Shown: positions 15,610 through 25,175, counted from the stretch's first letter. The stretch: 54,759 nucleotides of DNA from Acidimicrobiales bacterium (GCA_035483935.1 DATHPK010000029.1:1-54759); one strand, 5' to 3'. A program made the numbers and translations. The notes: a model not told the origin generated them from the sequence alone.

Positions 15610-17004
15610 ATGCGACGACGAGCAAGGAGAACGACGGGTTGGGCGCGCTGCGCCCGGGCGCTCGTGGCAGCGTCCATCGGCTGCATGCTGGGGGTGACGT
15701 TGCTGCCGGCGACGGCACAAGCGGCGAGCACGCCCGGCGTCACCTCGAACTCCATCACGATCGGCGCCACGGTGCCGCTCACCGGGCCGGCTGCACCGGG
15801 CTACGACGAGATCGCGCCCGCGATGAACGCCGTGTTCGACTGGGTGAACGCGCATGGGGGTGTGGACGGTCGGAAGATCCACTACACGTATCTCGACGAT
15901 GGGTACAACCCCGCCAACACGGCGACGCTCACCCGCCAGCTCGTCCTTCAGGACAACGTCTTTGCGGACGTCGGGTCGCTCGGGACGCCCACCCAGTCGG
16001 CGGTGCAGGCATTCTTGAACCAGCAGAAGGTGCCGCAACTGTTCATCGAGTCGGGCTGCAACTGCTGGAACAGCTCGAAGTACCCGCTCAGCCTGGGTTG
16101 GCAGCCGCCGTACACCATCGACGGCAAGATCCTCGGCGCCTATATCAAGGCGAACTTCCCCGGCAAGAAGATCGGCTACCTGTACCAGGACGACGAGTTC
16201 GGCCAGGACGTGGTGAAGGGACTCGACATGGAGGTCCCGTCCTCGTCGGTCGTCTCGCGCCAGACCTATGACGCCGCCACGCTGTCCGGGCCGCTGTCGA
16301 ACCAGATGGCAGCACTCAAGGCCGCCGGCGCGCAGGTCGTCGTGCTCGCCACGATCCCGGCCGCCACCGCGCTCGCGATGCTCCCGGCCGCCGTCATCGG
16401 CTACTCGCCGCAGTACGTCGTCGACAGCGTGGGGGCGGACGCACCGACGGTCGGGCCCCTGCTCGCGTCTTTCGCTCAGAAGGGCGGTGCGAGTGCCGCA
16501 CAGGTGGCGGCCGCCGGAGGGTTGCTCAACAACGTCATCACGACCGCCTACTTCGCCCCCGAGTCGGACACGTCGAACTCGTGGGTACAGGTGGAGAAGA
16601 AGATCCTCGAGCAGTACGCACCGTCGCTGTGGGCGAAGTCAGGCCTCGACGGCAACACCCAGTACGGGGTGGCGCTCGCCTACACCTTCGTGCAGGCGCT
16701 ACAGAAGGCCGGCAAGAACCTGACGCGGGACAGCCTGATGAACGCCATCAACAGTGACGGTCACAGCTTCGTCACGCCGGGGTTCGTGCCGCTCTCCTAC
16801 TCGAGCTCGACACACTTCGGCTTCGAGGGCGAGGAGGTCGTGAAGCTGGAGAGCTCGGCGCCACCAGCGGTGACACCGACCGGCAGCTGGATCGGCTCCG
16901 TGCCCGTCGGCCCGGTCCAGACGACCAGCCCCGGGTCTGGACCGATCAAGAAGTACACCGGTCCGACGTCGACCCCGCCCAAGAGCTTGTCCTCGACGGC
17001 CTGA
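15610..17004 (+). CDS. ABC transporter substrate-binding protein, Leu/Ile/Val-binding (Peripla_BP_6) type, with Ser/Thr/Pro-rich C-terminal extension
   Basis: In frame with track ORF 15187..17004; the upstream part overlaps the permease gene. ATG 15610 is preceded by GGGAGG 4 nt upstream. Signal peptide MRRRARRTTGWARCARALVAASIGCMLGVTLLPATAQA. ITIGATVPLTGPAAPGY is typical of the family. Confidence 0.85.
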   Translation: MRRRARRTTGWARCARALVAASIGCMLGVTLLPATAQAASTPGVTSNSITIGATVPLTGPAAPGYDEIAPAMNAVFDWVNAHGGVDGRKIHYTYLDDGYNPANTATLTRQLVLQDNVFADVGSLGTPTQSAVQAFLNQQKVPQLFIESGCNCWNSSKYPLSLGWQPPYTIDGKILGAYIKANFPGKKIGYLYQDDEFGQDVVKGLDMEVPSSSVVSRQTYDAATLSGPLSNQMAALKAAGAQVVVLATIPAATALAMLPAAVIGYSPQYVVDSVGADAPTVGPLLASFAQKGGASAAQVAAAGGLLNNVITTAYFAPESDTSNSWVQVEKKILEQYAPSLWAKSGLDGNTQYGVALAYTFVQALQKAGKNLTRDSLMNAINSDGHSFVTPGFVPLSYSSSTHFGFEGEEVVKLESSAPPAVTPTGSWIGSVPVGPVQTTSPGSGPIKKYTGPTSTPPKSLSSTA

Positions 17005-17017
17005 GCGAACCGGTAGG

Positions 17018-17045
17018 CCGGCGGCGGGGGTGACCCCGTCGCCGG
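17018..17045. terminator. Strong GC hairpin between convergent genes (12-bp stem with one G-U pair, 4-nt loop), putative bidirectional terminator
   Basis: Read directly: CCGGCGGCGGGG-GTGA-CCCCGTCGCCGG at 17018-17045, 14 nt after the stop of the binding-protein gene (17002-17004). No U-tract, as is common in actinobacteria. Confidence 0.45.
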
Positions 17046-17103
17046 TCACGGCCGGAGTCATCGTCCCCCACGCTGGGGGCGGTCGGAACGACGCGGCGCA
17101 AAC

Positions 17104-17682
17104 TCAGCCGAGGCGGCCAAGCCAGGAGGCCACGACTTCCGCGGCCGCCCTTTCGCTCTTGCGCAGGGAGTGGTCCCCGTCGACGAGGGACAGCGTCACG
17201 TCGCCCGGGATCGCCGCCGTCTCGCGCTCGAGCTCGTCCGGGCTGGCGAAGGCGTCGCGCCGGCCCGAGACGAAGAGGCACGGGATCTTCAGCGCGGGGA
17301 AGTGCTCGGTGCGCAGCCGGTCGGGCTTCCCCGGCGGATGGAGCGGATAGCTCACCAGCACGAGCGCGGCGGGGTCGAGGCCGTCCGCCACGGCCATCGA
17401 GCACATCCGGCCGCCGAAGGAGCGCCCCCCCACGGCGATCTGGTGGAGCGGGACGTCGAGGCGCTCGGCCAACGCGGACGCGGCGGCGCGCACCGTCTCG
17501 ATGCACACGGCCGGCGGGTCGGTCCGGCGCTTGCCCGCAGCCTGTCCCGGGAACTCCACGCGCTCGACGGCGATGCCGAGCGGCGACACCGCCGCCTCGA
17601 TGGCGACCAGACCAGAGTGGTCCCGCCCGGCGCTCGCCCCGGGGGTCACGACGAGACCGGCGACGTGGGGGCGACGGGGCAC
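17104..17682 (-). CDS. Alpha/beta hydrolase family protein (dienelactone hydrolase / KANL3-Tex30-like)
   Basis: Track ORF 17104..17682 (-), 192 aa. Nucleophile elbow VGGRSFGGRM and a C-terminal D-G-D-H-S region. Confidence 0.75.
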   Translation of the reverse strand: MPRRPHVAGLVVTPGASAGRDHSGLVAIEAAVSPLGIAVERVEFPGQAAGKRRTDPPAVCIETVRAAASALAERLDVPLHQIAVGGRSFGGRMCSMAVADGLDPAALVLVSYPLHPPGKPDRLRTEHFPALKIPCLFVSGRRDAFASPDELERETAAIPGDVTLSLVDGDHSLRKSERAAAEVVASWLGRLG

Positions 17683-17724
17683 TCAGGCCAGTCTGTCCCA
17701 TCGCCACGGCGCGAGAGTGTCCGG

Positions 17725-18528
17725 GTGCCGCCCGCTGCCAGCCCGACGGATTGGCGGGAGCGCCTCGCACGCGCGGTGGGAACGCTCGCCGGCGAGCGGA
17801 CGCTGGGTGCCAACGCGTGGTTGGTCGAGGCCGGCGGCCGGGCGCTCGTGGCCAAGACCGCGCCCGGCGCCCGCGACGAGGCCGACGGGCTGCGACGGCT
17901 CGGCGCCGTCGGCGCCGCTCCCCCCGTCCCCGAGGTCGTCTTCGCCGACGGCGAGCTCCTCGTCACGGTGGCGGTCGACCAGGCGCCGCGCTCACCGGCG
18001 CACGAGGAGGCGCTCGGCCGCGCTCTCGCCGCGCTGCACGCGACGCGGCTCGAGCACTGGGGTGGCGGCTCCTCCTGGATCGGCGCCTGCCCGGTCGACC
18101 CTTCGACGTGGCCCGACGGCGCGGCGTTTTACGGCGCCCGGCTCTCGGAGCTCGCGGCCCGCGGGGGGCTGGAGGACCCGGTCGGCCGCGTCGTCGCCCG
18201 TCTGCCCGAACTGCTCCCGCCCGGTGGCCCGGCGCTGCTCCACGGCGACCTCTGGTGGGGCAACGTGCTGTTCGGCGCCGACGGCCGGGGCTGGCTCATC
18301 GATCCCTCGGTGCACGGGGGCCATCCCGAGGAGGACCTCGCCATGCTCGGGCTCTTCGGCGCGGTGCCGGATCGCCTTCTGGCCGCCTATGAGGAGGTCA
18401 ACCCGCTGGAGCCCGGGTGGCGGGAACGGGTCGCGCTGTTCCAGCTCTATCCGCTCCTGGTGCACACCGTCCTCTTCGGCGGGGGGTATCGGGCCCAGGC
18501 GGAGGCCGCGGCCCGCCGGTTCTCCTGA
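17725..18528 (+). CDS. Fructosamine kinase family protein (aminoglycoside-phosphotransferase fold)
   Basis: In frame with track ORF 17170..18528, whose first part is antisense to the hydrolase gene. LLHGDLWWGNVLF and IDPSVHGGHPEEDLAML are fructosamine-kinase signatures. Start set at GTG 17725 (uncertain). Confidence 0.8.
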   Translation: MPPAASPTDWRERLARAVGTLAGERTLGANAWLVEAGGRALVAKTAPGARDEADGLRRLGAVGAAPPVPEVVFADGELLVTVAVDQAPRSPAHEEALGRALAALHATRLEHWGGGSSWIGACPVDPSTWPDGAAFYGARLSELAARGGLEDPVGRVVARLPELLPPGGPALLHGDLWWGNVLFGADGRGWLIDPSVHGGHPEEDLAMLGLFGAVPDRLLAAYEEVNPLEPGWRERVALFQLYPLLVHTVLFGGGYRAQAEAAARRFS

Positions 18529-18581
18529 GGAATCCCCGTCGGCGGGCGCCCGGCGCGACGCAGCACGATCTAATTGCGCCC

Positions 18582-19463
18582 ATGGCCCCCATCGAGTTCT
18601 GGCTGTACCTGCCCCAGATGCGCCTCGGCATGCACGACATCGTCGAACGCGCGCAGACGGCCGAGATGGCCGGCTTCGCCGGCATGGCTGGCATGGACCA
18701 TCTCGCTCCGCCCGGCGCCGAATCGTCGCCCATGTTCGAGGCCATGACCACCAACGCGTGGGTCGCCGCGCACACGCAACAGATGCGCCTGGGCTCCCTC
18801 GTCCTCTGCGACGGCTTCCGCCATCCCGCGGTGCTCGCGCGCGAGGCCGTGACGATCGACCACGCGTCGGGCGGGCGGTTCGAGCTGGGCATCGGATGGG
18901 GATCGGTCGCCCCCGAGTTCGAGTCGTACGGCATCGGCTCGACCGAGCCCAAGCTCCGCGTCGGCCGCCTCAAGGAGTCGCTCGAGATCATGACCGCGCT
19001 GTGGCGCGGCGAGACCCTCGACTACGAGGGCGAGCACTTCACCCTCCACGGCGCGCAGCAGCAACCGGTGCCGCTCGGGAAGATTCCGATCCTCATCGGG
19101 GGTGCCGGGCGCAAGACCATGGAGCTCGTTGCGTCGTACGCCGACTGGTGGAACGTCCACATCAGCATCCTCGACCGGTTCGACGAGATGCGCGAACGGG
19201 CCGGCGCCGCCCGGTGCTCGCTCCAGGTGCAGATCGCGTTCGTCCACCCGCACAGTGACCGCGACGAGGTCGACGCCACCGCCCGCCGCCGCTTCTGGGG
19301 CAACCACGTCCTCGGGACCGCGCCCGAGCTCGTCGACTACTTCGGCACGCTGGCCGAGAGAGGGGTCGAGCGTGTCTACGCCTGGTTCACCGACTTCGCT
19401 CCGGGCGAGACGCTGCGCGAATTCGGCCAGCAGGTGATCACACCGCTCCGGGGCGCCGCCTGA
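18582..19463 (+). CDS. Luciferase-like monooxygenase (LLM) class flavin/F420-dependent oxidoreductase
   Basis: In frame with track ORF 18417..19463; ATG 18582 (MAPIEFWLYLPQ). TIDHASGGRFELGIGWG and IPILIGGAGRKTMELVA are LLM hallmarks. Confidence 0.85.
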   Translation: MAPIEFWLYLPQMRLGMHDIVERAQTAEMAGFAGMAGMDHLAPPGAESSPMFEAMTTNAWVAAHTQQMRLGSLVLCDGFRHPAVLAREAVTIDHASGGRFELGIGWGSVAPEFESYGIGSTEPKLRVGRLKESLEIMTALWRGETLDYEGEHFTLHGAQQQPVPLGKIPILIGGAGRKTMELVASYADWWNVHISILDRFDEMRERAGAARCSLQVQIAFVHPHSDRDEVDATARRRFWGNHVLGTAPELVDYFGTLAERGVERVYAWFTDFAPGETLREFGQQVITPLRGAA

Positions 19464-19475
19464 GACGGCGCCGGC

Positions 19476-20759
19476 TCAGGCGGCGGGCGTGAACTCGAGG
19501 TTCAATCGCATGAGGCCGCGCAAGATGTAGGTCGGCACGTAGTCGTACCGGCGCGCCCCCGCCGGCCCGTGCGCCGCCTCGGAGATCCGGATGTCGCTCA
19601 TGCGCTCGAGCAGCCGTACCAGGCTGATCCGGGTCTCCGCGCGTGCGAGCGGCCCGCCCGGGCAGGCGTGCGGGCCTCGGCCGAACGCCAGGTGCTCCTT
19701 GGCGTTCGAACGGTCCAGGCGGAACTCGTTCGGCTCGTCGAAACGGCGAGGGTCGCGCCCCGCCGCGCCGTTGAGCACCATCACCGTCGTCCCGGCGGGG
19801 ATGTCCACGCCGCCGACGGTGGCGGCCGTGCGGGAGAGGCGGAAGTCACCCTTGACCGGGCTCTCGAAGCGCAGGCACTCTTCCACGAACCCCGGGATCA
19901 ACTCGGGGTCGTCGCGTAGGCGCTGCTGGATGTCCTTGCGCTCGCCGATGGTCTGCAGCGCCGTACCGAGCAGTCGCACCGTCGTCTCCTGGCCGGCCGA
20001 GAAGAGGTTGGCGGCGACGCGCACGACGTCGATCACCTCGGGCATCGAACCGTCCGGGAAGGTGGCCGTCGCCAGACCGGTCAGCACGTCCTGGCGCGGC
20101 TCGCGCCGACGGTCCTCGACGTACGCGGTGAGCCGGTCGTAGAGGAACTCGAGCGGCGAGTGCGTGAGCGAGCCCTTGCCGGTGCTCCCGAGGCCCTGGG
20201 TGTCCTTTCGGTGTCCGCCCTGCAGCTCGTGGCGGAACCACTCGTGGTCCTCCTCGGGCACGCCGAGCAGGTCGGCGATGACATAGAGGGTGAAAGGGCC
20301 GGCGAAGTCGCGCACGAACTCGCACTCGCCGCGCTCGATGAACTCGTCGATCTGGCGGTCGGCGTACCGCCACATGAAGTCCTCGTTCTCGCGCAGCCGC
20401 TTCGGCGTGATCAGCCGCATCAACAGGCCCCGGTGCGCCTTGTGCACCGGGTTGTCCATGACGGTGATCTGGTCGCTGAAGGGCAGCTCGTGACGGTGCT
20501 CGTCGATGAGGTCGCTGACGTCGTCGCCCTCGAGCGGCACGGGGAACCCGGGGAACGGCCCGGTGACGGCGTTGCACGACGAGAAGGTGGCCGTGTTGGT
20601 GTAGACGGAAACCGCCTCCTCGTAGCCGGTCACCATGACGACGTCGTGGTTCGACTCCCGTTGGACGGGGCACTTCTGGCGCAGGTGGTCGAAGTACGGG
20701 TAGGGGTCGAGGACCAGCTCGTTGCCCCGGAAGAAATCGATGTCGTCGAACTCGCCCAT
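19476..20759 (-). CDS. Cytochrome P450
   Basis: In frame with track ORF 19476..20951; ATG 20759 (MGEFDDIDFF). I-helix AGQETT, EXXR (ECLRFESP), heme loop FGRGPHACPG. Confidence 0.92.
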   Translation of the reverse strand: MGEFDDIDFFRGNELVLDPYPYFDHLRQKCPVQRESNHDVVMVTGYEEAVSVYTNTATFSSCNAVTGPFPGFPVPLEGDDVSDLIDEHRHELPFSDQITVMDNPVHKAHRGLLMRLITPKRLRENEDFMWRYADRQIDEFIERGECEFVRDFAGPFTLYVIADLLGVPEEDHEWFRHELQGGHRKDTQGLGSTGKGSLTHSPLEFLYDRLTAYVEDRRREPRQDVLTGLATATFPDGSMPEVIDVVRVAANLFSAGQETTVRLLGTALQTIGERKDIQQRLRDDPELIPGFVEECLRFESPVKGDFRLSRTAATVGGVDIPAGTTVMVLNGAAGRDPRRFDEPNEFRLDRSNAKEHLAFGRGPHACPGGPLARAETRISLVRLLERMSDIRISEAAHGPAGARRYDYVPTYILRGLMRLNLEFTPAA

Positions 20760-21031
20760 CAAGCGCTCCTTACGCGTGCCGTCGTCCCGTCCCGAGTGCC
20801 GGCGAGAATGCCGTTCTTCGCTTCGGAGAGTACCACTTTGTACCGTTCGTTCCGCGGCCGGGTGGCGCCTCTGGCGACAGCCCCGGTCCAGCCGCCGGCA
20901 CCGGTCCCGGGGGGCGGGCCCGGTCGTCCACCCGCAGGGTGGCTCCGGCATCGGCCCAGGTGAGCGCCGGAGAACGGCAATTTCACGGCTCGCCTAACAT
21001 CGGGCCCATCACGTCAGGGGAGGAAGCTGCG

Positions 21032-21826
21032 ATGAGGACGGTCGTCGTCGGGGCGTCGAGTGGGCTGGGCCGCTGTATCGGCGTCGGCCTGACCAAACGA
21101 GGGGCGCAGACCGCGCTGTTGGCCCGCCGGCTCGAACGGCTCGAGGCGGCCGCCGCGGAGGCGGGCCCGGGCACGGTGGCGATCGCCTGCGACGTCACGG
21201 ACACCGCTTCGTGCCGCTCGGCCATCGACGAGGCCGCGGAGAAGCTCGGTGGCATCGATGCACTGGTGTACACCCCCGCCATCGGCCCGCTGGCCGCACT
21301 GGCGGACATGGACGCCGAGACCTGGCGGCAGGTCTTCGACACCAACGTCATCGGCGCCGCGCTCGTGACCCAGGCGGCGCTCCCGCATCTCGAGGCGACC
21401 AACGGCGTCGCGCTCTACCTCTCCTCGGTCAGCGCGTCGCTCACGCCGCCGTGGCCCGGGCTGGGCGCGTACGCCGTGAGCAAAGCGGCGCTCGACAAGC
21501 TCGTCGAAGCGTTCCGGGCCGAACATCCCGCCGTCGGGTTCACCCGGGTGATCGTCGGCGACTGCGCCGGTGGCCAAGGGGATTCCATGACGGGCTTCGC
21601 CAACGACTGGGACATGGACCGCGCCATCGCGTTCGGGACGGTGTGGGCAGAGCGCAAGTACCTGAGCGACAGCCTCATCGAGGTGGAGGAGCTCGTCACC
21701 GTGGTCGACTCGCTCATCCGGCACGGCGACAGCCTGAGCCTGCACTCGGTGACCGTGGCCCCGCGCACCGTGCCGGGTGCGGCGCCGTCGCCCGGGCTCG
21801 ACATGAGTTCGTCGTTGGGATCCTGA
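21032..21826 (+). CDS. SDR family oxidoreductase
   Basis: In frame with track ORF 20939..21826. ATG 21032 is preceded by GGGGAGGAAG. VVVGASSGLG cofactor motif and the YAVSKAAL catalytic YxxxK. Confidence 0.9.
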   Translation: MRTVVVGASSGLGRCIGVGLTKRGAQTALLARRLERLEAAAAEAGPGTVAIACDVTDTASCRSAIDEAAEKLGGIDALVYTPAIGPLAALADMDAETWRQVFDTNVIGAALVTQAALPHLEATNGVALYLSSVSASLTPPWPGLGAYAVSKAALDKLVEAFRAEHPAVGFTRVIVGDCAGGQGDSMTGFANDWDMDRAIAFGTVWAERKYLSDSLIEVEELVTVVDSLIRHGDSLSLHSVTVAPRTVPGAAPSPGLDMSSSLGS

Positions 21827-21842
21827 CGGCGGCGGTCGAGCG

Positions 21843-23066
21843 GTGCGCGTGAAGCCCTATCCGTTTCGGGCGCGCGCCTGGTGGGGTGAGGCGCTGGTCG
21901 GCGAGTCCGACGCGTGCCTTCTGGTCGAGCGTGACGGCGAGCCCGCTCTGTTGTACTTCCCCCGGGCCGACATCGACCTCTCGGCGTTCCGTAGCGCGGG
22001 GCCCGTCTCGCCCGAGCCCGAGGAGGGCATGGCCGAAGCCTGGGACGACGGATCGCCGGGCGACGCCGTGGTCACGATCGTCACCGACCCACCCGCCGCG
22101 TTCGCCTCGCTGCGCGACCGCGGGCGCTTCGACGCGGCGCGGGCGCGGGTCGAGGTGCTCGACGACGTCGCCGGCACCGGACGCGACATCTCCATCAAGC
22201 GCTTTCCCACCTGGGGCGACGCCGACGACCTCGTCGGTCTGCTCGACGTCGAGCGCGACGGCGACCTCGCCTTCGTCGCCGGGGCGCACACCGATGGGCG
22301 CCGTCCCGTGGTGGAGGGCAGCCAGATGCTGGGCCAGGCCATCGTTGCGGCCGGCCGTCACGCCCCCGGGCGCCGCGTCGTCTCGGCGTCGATGCTGTTC
22401 CTGCGCGCGGCCGATGCCGGTCGCCCGTTGCGCTTCGAGCTCTCCGAGCTCACCGCGGGCCGCACGTTCACCGGCCTGGCCGCCGAGGTGCTCCAGGGAG
22501 GCCGACGCTGCGCGGCCGGCACCCTGCTCCTCGACGTCACCGCGCCCGCGGTGGTCAGCCACGCCGTGGACGCGCCCGACGTACCGGGGCCCTACGAGTG
22601 CCCGCCCTACGACATGGGCGTGACCGGACGCGACCTGCGGGTGGTCGACGGCGCCTACGGCGACGACGCCGGCGCGCCGGTGGGGCCGCCCGTCATCGAC
22701 TGCTGGGTGCGCTTCCGGACGCTGCCCGACGACCCGCCGCTGCACGCGGGTCTTATGGCGCAATTCGCGGGACACGTCCCGATCGCGACGGCCCTGCGTC
22801 CGCACGCGGGCGTGGGGCAGTCGGCGGCACACCGGACGTTGTCGATGGGGATCAACGCGATCAATCTGTCGGTGCATCGAGATGTGCGGGCCGACGAGTG
22901 GATGCTCTACCACCACCACTCGACGTTCGCCGGTGACGGCATGACGCATGCCGAGTGCCGCGTCTTCACCGAGGGGGGCGAGCTGCTGGCGTCGTTCAGC
23001 GTCGACGCGATGGTGCGGCCCTTCGCCGAGGCGGATCGTGCGCAGGACTATCGGACGGCCATGTGA
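21843..23066 (+). CDS. Fusion protein: degenerate DUF427-like N-terminal domain + acyl-CoA thioesterase II (TesB-like) double hot-dog domain
   Basis: Track ORF 21843..23066 (+), 407 aa. Residues ~125-400 (VEGSQMLGQAIVAAG...LPDDPPLHAGLMAQFAGH...RPHAGVGQ...DEWMLYHHHSTFAGDGMTHAECRVFTEGGELLASF) are TesB-like. Residues ~8-110 align by eye to DUF427 repeats of the next gene but lack the C-P-Y-K-G motif. Confidence 0.8.
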   Translation: MRVKPYPFRARAWWGEALVGESDACLLVERDGEPALLYFPRADIDLSAFRSAGPVSPEPEEGMAEAWDDGSPGDAVVTIVTDPPAAFASLRDRGRFDAARARVEVLDDVAGTGRDISIKRFPTWGDADDLVGLLDVERDGDLAFVAGAHTDGRRPVVEGSQMLGQAIVAAGRHAPGRRVVSASMLFLRAADAGRPLRFELSELTAGRTFTGLAAEVLQGGRRCAAGTLLLDVTAPAVVSHAVDAPDVPGPYECPPYDMGVTGRDLRVVDGAYGDDAGAPVGPPVIDCWVRFRTLPDDPPLHAGLMAQFAGHVPIATALRPHAGVGQSAAHRTLSMGINAINLSVHRDVRADEWMLYHHHSTFAGDGMTHAECRVFTEGGELLASFSVDAMVRPFAEADRAQDYRTAM

Positions 23067-23743
23067 GCCTCAGCACGGGCCGCGGGCCCCTCAGCGGCCG
23101 GCCGGCCGGCCGTTTCACGGCGGCGATGCCGGCGGAGGTTGCGTACATCGAGCCGTTCCGCCGGCGCGTACGGGGCCGGCGGGACGGACAGACGGTGATC
23201 GACAGCGAACGCGTCCTGCTGGTCCACCGTCCGGGCCGGCCACCCGCCTATGCCTTCCCGGTAGACGACGTGCACGGCCCGGCGAGCGAGCCCGAACCCG
23301 ACACGCCGGGCTACGTCACGGTGGCCTGGGACGCGGTCGACTCCTGGTTCGAGGAGGCCGAACAGGTCTTCGGCCACCCCCGCAACCCCTACCACCGCAT
23401 CGACTGCGTGCGCTCCGAGCGCAAGCTCCGGGTCGACGTGGGATCGACGACCGTCGTCGACACGAACGACACCCTCATCGTCTACGAGACGTCGCTCGAC
23501 CCGAAGCTCTACGTCGACGCCCGGCACGTGCGCATGGACGCGCTCGAGAAGAGCGAGACCGTGACCTACTGCCCCTACAAGGGCACGTCCACCTACTGGT
23601 CGTTCCGCGTCGGCGACGACACCGTCACCGACGTCGCCTGGAGCTACGAGGACCCGCTGCCCGAGTCCGCGCCGCTGCGCGGCATGGTCAGCTTCGAGCC
23701 GTCCCGCGTGACGCTGGTCCACGACCTGCCCGCGGGCGGCTGA
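23063..23743 (+). CDS. DUF427 domain-containing protein (two DUF427 repeats)
   Basis: In frame with track ORF 22955..23743. VTYCPYKGTSTYWSF and DVAWSYEDPLPESAPLRGMVSF are canonical DUF427. GTG 23063 forms a GTGA overlap with the upstream stop. An alternative ATG lies near 23126 (MPAEVAYIEP). Confidence 0.8.
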   Translation: MSLSTGRGPLSGRPAGRFTAAMPAEVAYIEPFRRRVRGRRDGQTVIDSERVLLVHRPGRPPAYAFPVDDVHGPASEPEPDTPGYVTVAWDAVDSWFEEAEQVFGHPRNPYHRIDCVRSERKLRVDVGSTTVVDTNDTLIVYETSLDPKLYVDARHVRMDALEKSETVTYCPYKGTSTYWSFRVGDDTVTDVAWSYEDPLPESAPLRGMVSFEPSRVTLVHDLPAGG

Positions 23744-23761
23744 ACGCCCCGGCTCCGGTCG

Positions 23762-25036
23762 CTACGACGCGTTGGCCGTCTGGGTCCCCGGCAGGTCGGT
23801 GCCACAGGTCGGCGTCGAAGACACGAGCTTGAAGCCGGTCTTCTCGGCCTGCATGACCCAGGCACACGTCTGCGGGAGGTCCTTGCCGAAGATGGTCGAG
23901 TAGTTGATCGACTCGGGGAGCAGCCCGTTGACGTTGTAGGACTTGAGGCCACGCAGGTCTCTGATCACGGCCGCCTGGGTCGGGTTGCTGCCCGCCATCT
24001 CGAGGCCCTTGATCATGAGGTCCGCCCCCGCCCAGGACTCGTACTGGCCGAACGACGGGAACTGGGTCTTGGTGAAGTGCGCGTACTTCTCCATCGCGGC
24101 CTGCATCTGCTGGGTCCCTGCGTTGGGCAGCGACCACGGGCGGAAGGGCGCGAGGAAGTACGCACCCTGCAACGTCGACCAGGACGGCGAGTTGATGGCG
24201 TCGGGCTCGTACCCGGTCGCGTAGAGCGTCGCCTTCAGGTTGACCCCGGCCTGGTGGAGCGCCTGGGCCAACGCGTAGTTGGAGTTGGCGTCCATCGCCG
24301 GCACCATCGCGTTGACGCCCTTCTGCTTGGCGATGAGGGCAAGGCTGGTGAAGTCGACGCTCCCGAACGGCACCGAGGTGTCGAGGACACCGGTCTTGCC
24401 GCCGGCGTGCTGGAAGGAGTCGGCCGTCGCGATGGCGGCGCGGCTCGACGACGGCGAGATGCCATAGCCGTAGGAACCCAGGACGGTGCCGCCGTGTGCC
24501 TTGAGGAAGTTCCCGATCTGCGTGTTGACGGGGTACGCGGGGTTCACGCTGCCCTCGTCGGAGGCGAACATGTTCGTATACGGCTGCGTCCCCCACTCCG
24601 GCCCGTCGTCGTAGGAGCCCGTCACCGGGACTCCAGCCTGGTTCGGGTACTTGGCGGCGAGGAAGAACAGCGGGCTCTGCGAGACGATGCCGAAGGCCTT
24701 GGAGTCGGCCTCCTGCACGACGGTCGAGATGTTCGAGGGGTTCGTCTGGTCGTCGAGGATGAGCGGCACGAGCTTGTGCCCGTGCACCCCGCCCTCCGCG
24801 TTCTGCATGTCGAGGCGCGCCTCGAATCCCGAGGGCGAGTTGCCGTCCTGGGAGCCGCCCTCACCCGTGAGCGAGCTGATGTACGCGATGGTGATCGGCG
24901 CCGGAGCGGCCGAGGCCGGCGTCGACGACGTCGCCACCAGTGCGAGGGGCAGGCCGGCCACGGTCGCGGCCAGGACCGTTCCGAGTGTCCGCAGGCCAGG
25001 CCGTGTCGCGGCCTTGGAGATCATTCCGAGTTGCAC
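23762..25036 (-). CDS. ABC transporter substrate-binding protein, Leu/Ile/Val-binding (Peripla_BP_6) type
   Basis: Track ORF 23762..25036 (-), 424 aa. A signal peptide precedes APAPITIAYISSLTGEGG. GGAGGA lies 8 nt upstream of GTG 25036. Paralog of 35014..36255. Confidence 0.88.
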   Translation of the reverse strand: MQLGMISKAATRPGLRTLGTVLAATVAGLPLALVATSSTPASAAPAPITIAYISSLTGEGGSQDGNSPSGFEARLDMQNAEGGVHGHKLVPLILDDQTNPSNISTVVQEADSKAFGIVSQSPLFFLAAKYPNQAGVPVTGSYDDGPEWGTQPYTNMFASDEGSVNPAYPVNTQIGNFLKAHGGTVLGSYGYGISPSSSRAAIATADSFQHAGGKTGVLDTSVPFGSVDFTSLALIAKQKGVNAMVPAMDANSNYALAQALHQAGVNLKATLYATGYEPDAINSPSWSTLQGAYFLAPFRPWSLPNAGTQQMQAAMEKYAHFTKTQFPSFGQYESWAGADLMIKGLEMAGSNPTQAAVIRDLRGLKSYNVNGLLPESINYSTIFGKDLPQTCAWVMQAEKTGFKLVSSTPTCGTDLPGTQTANAS

Positions 25037-25175
25037 GTGCCGTTTCCTCCCCCGGACTCGCAGGAGTCCCTATCCAGGAGCATGGTAACCCGCTTTGACG
25101 ATTATGAGAATGGCAATCTCAGGCTGGGTTACTGCTGTTTCAGAAATGTAACGACCGGTCAGTACGGCCGGGCCG

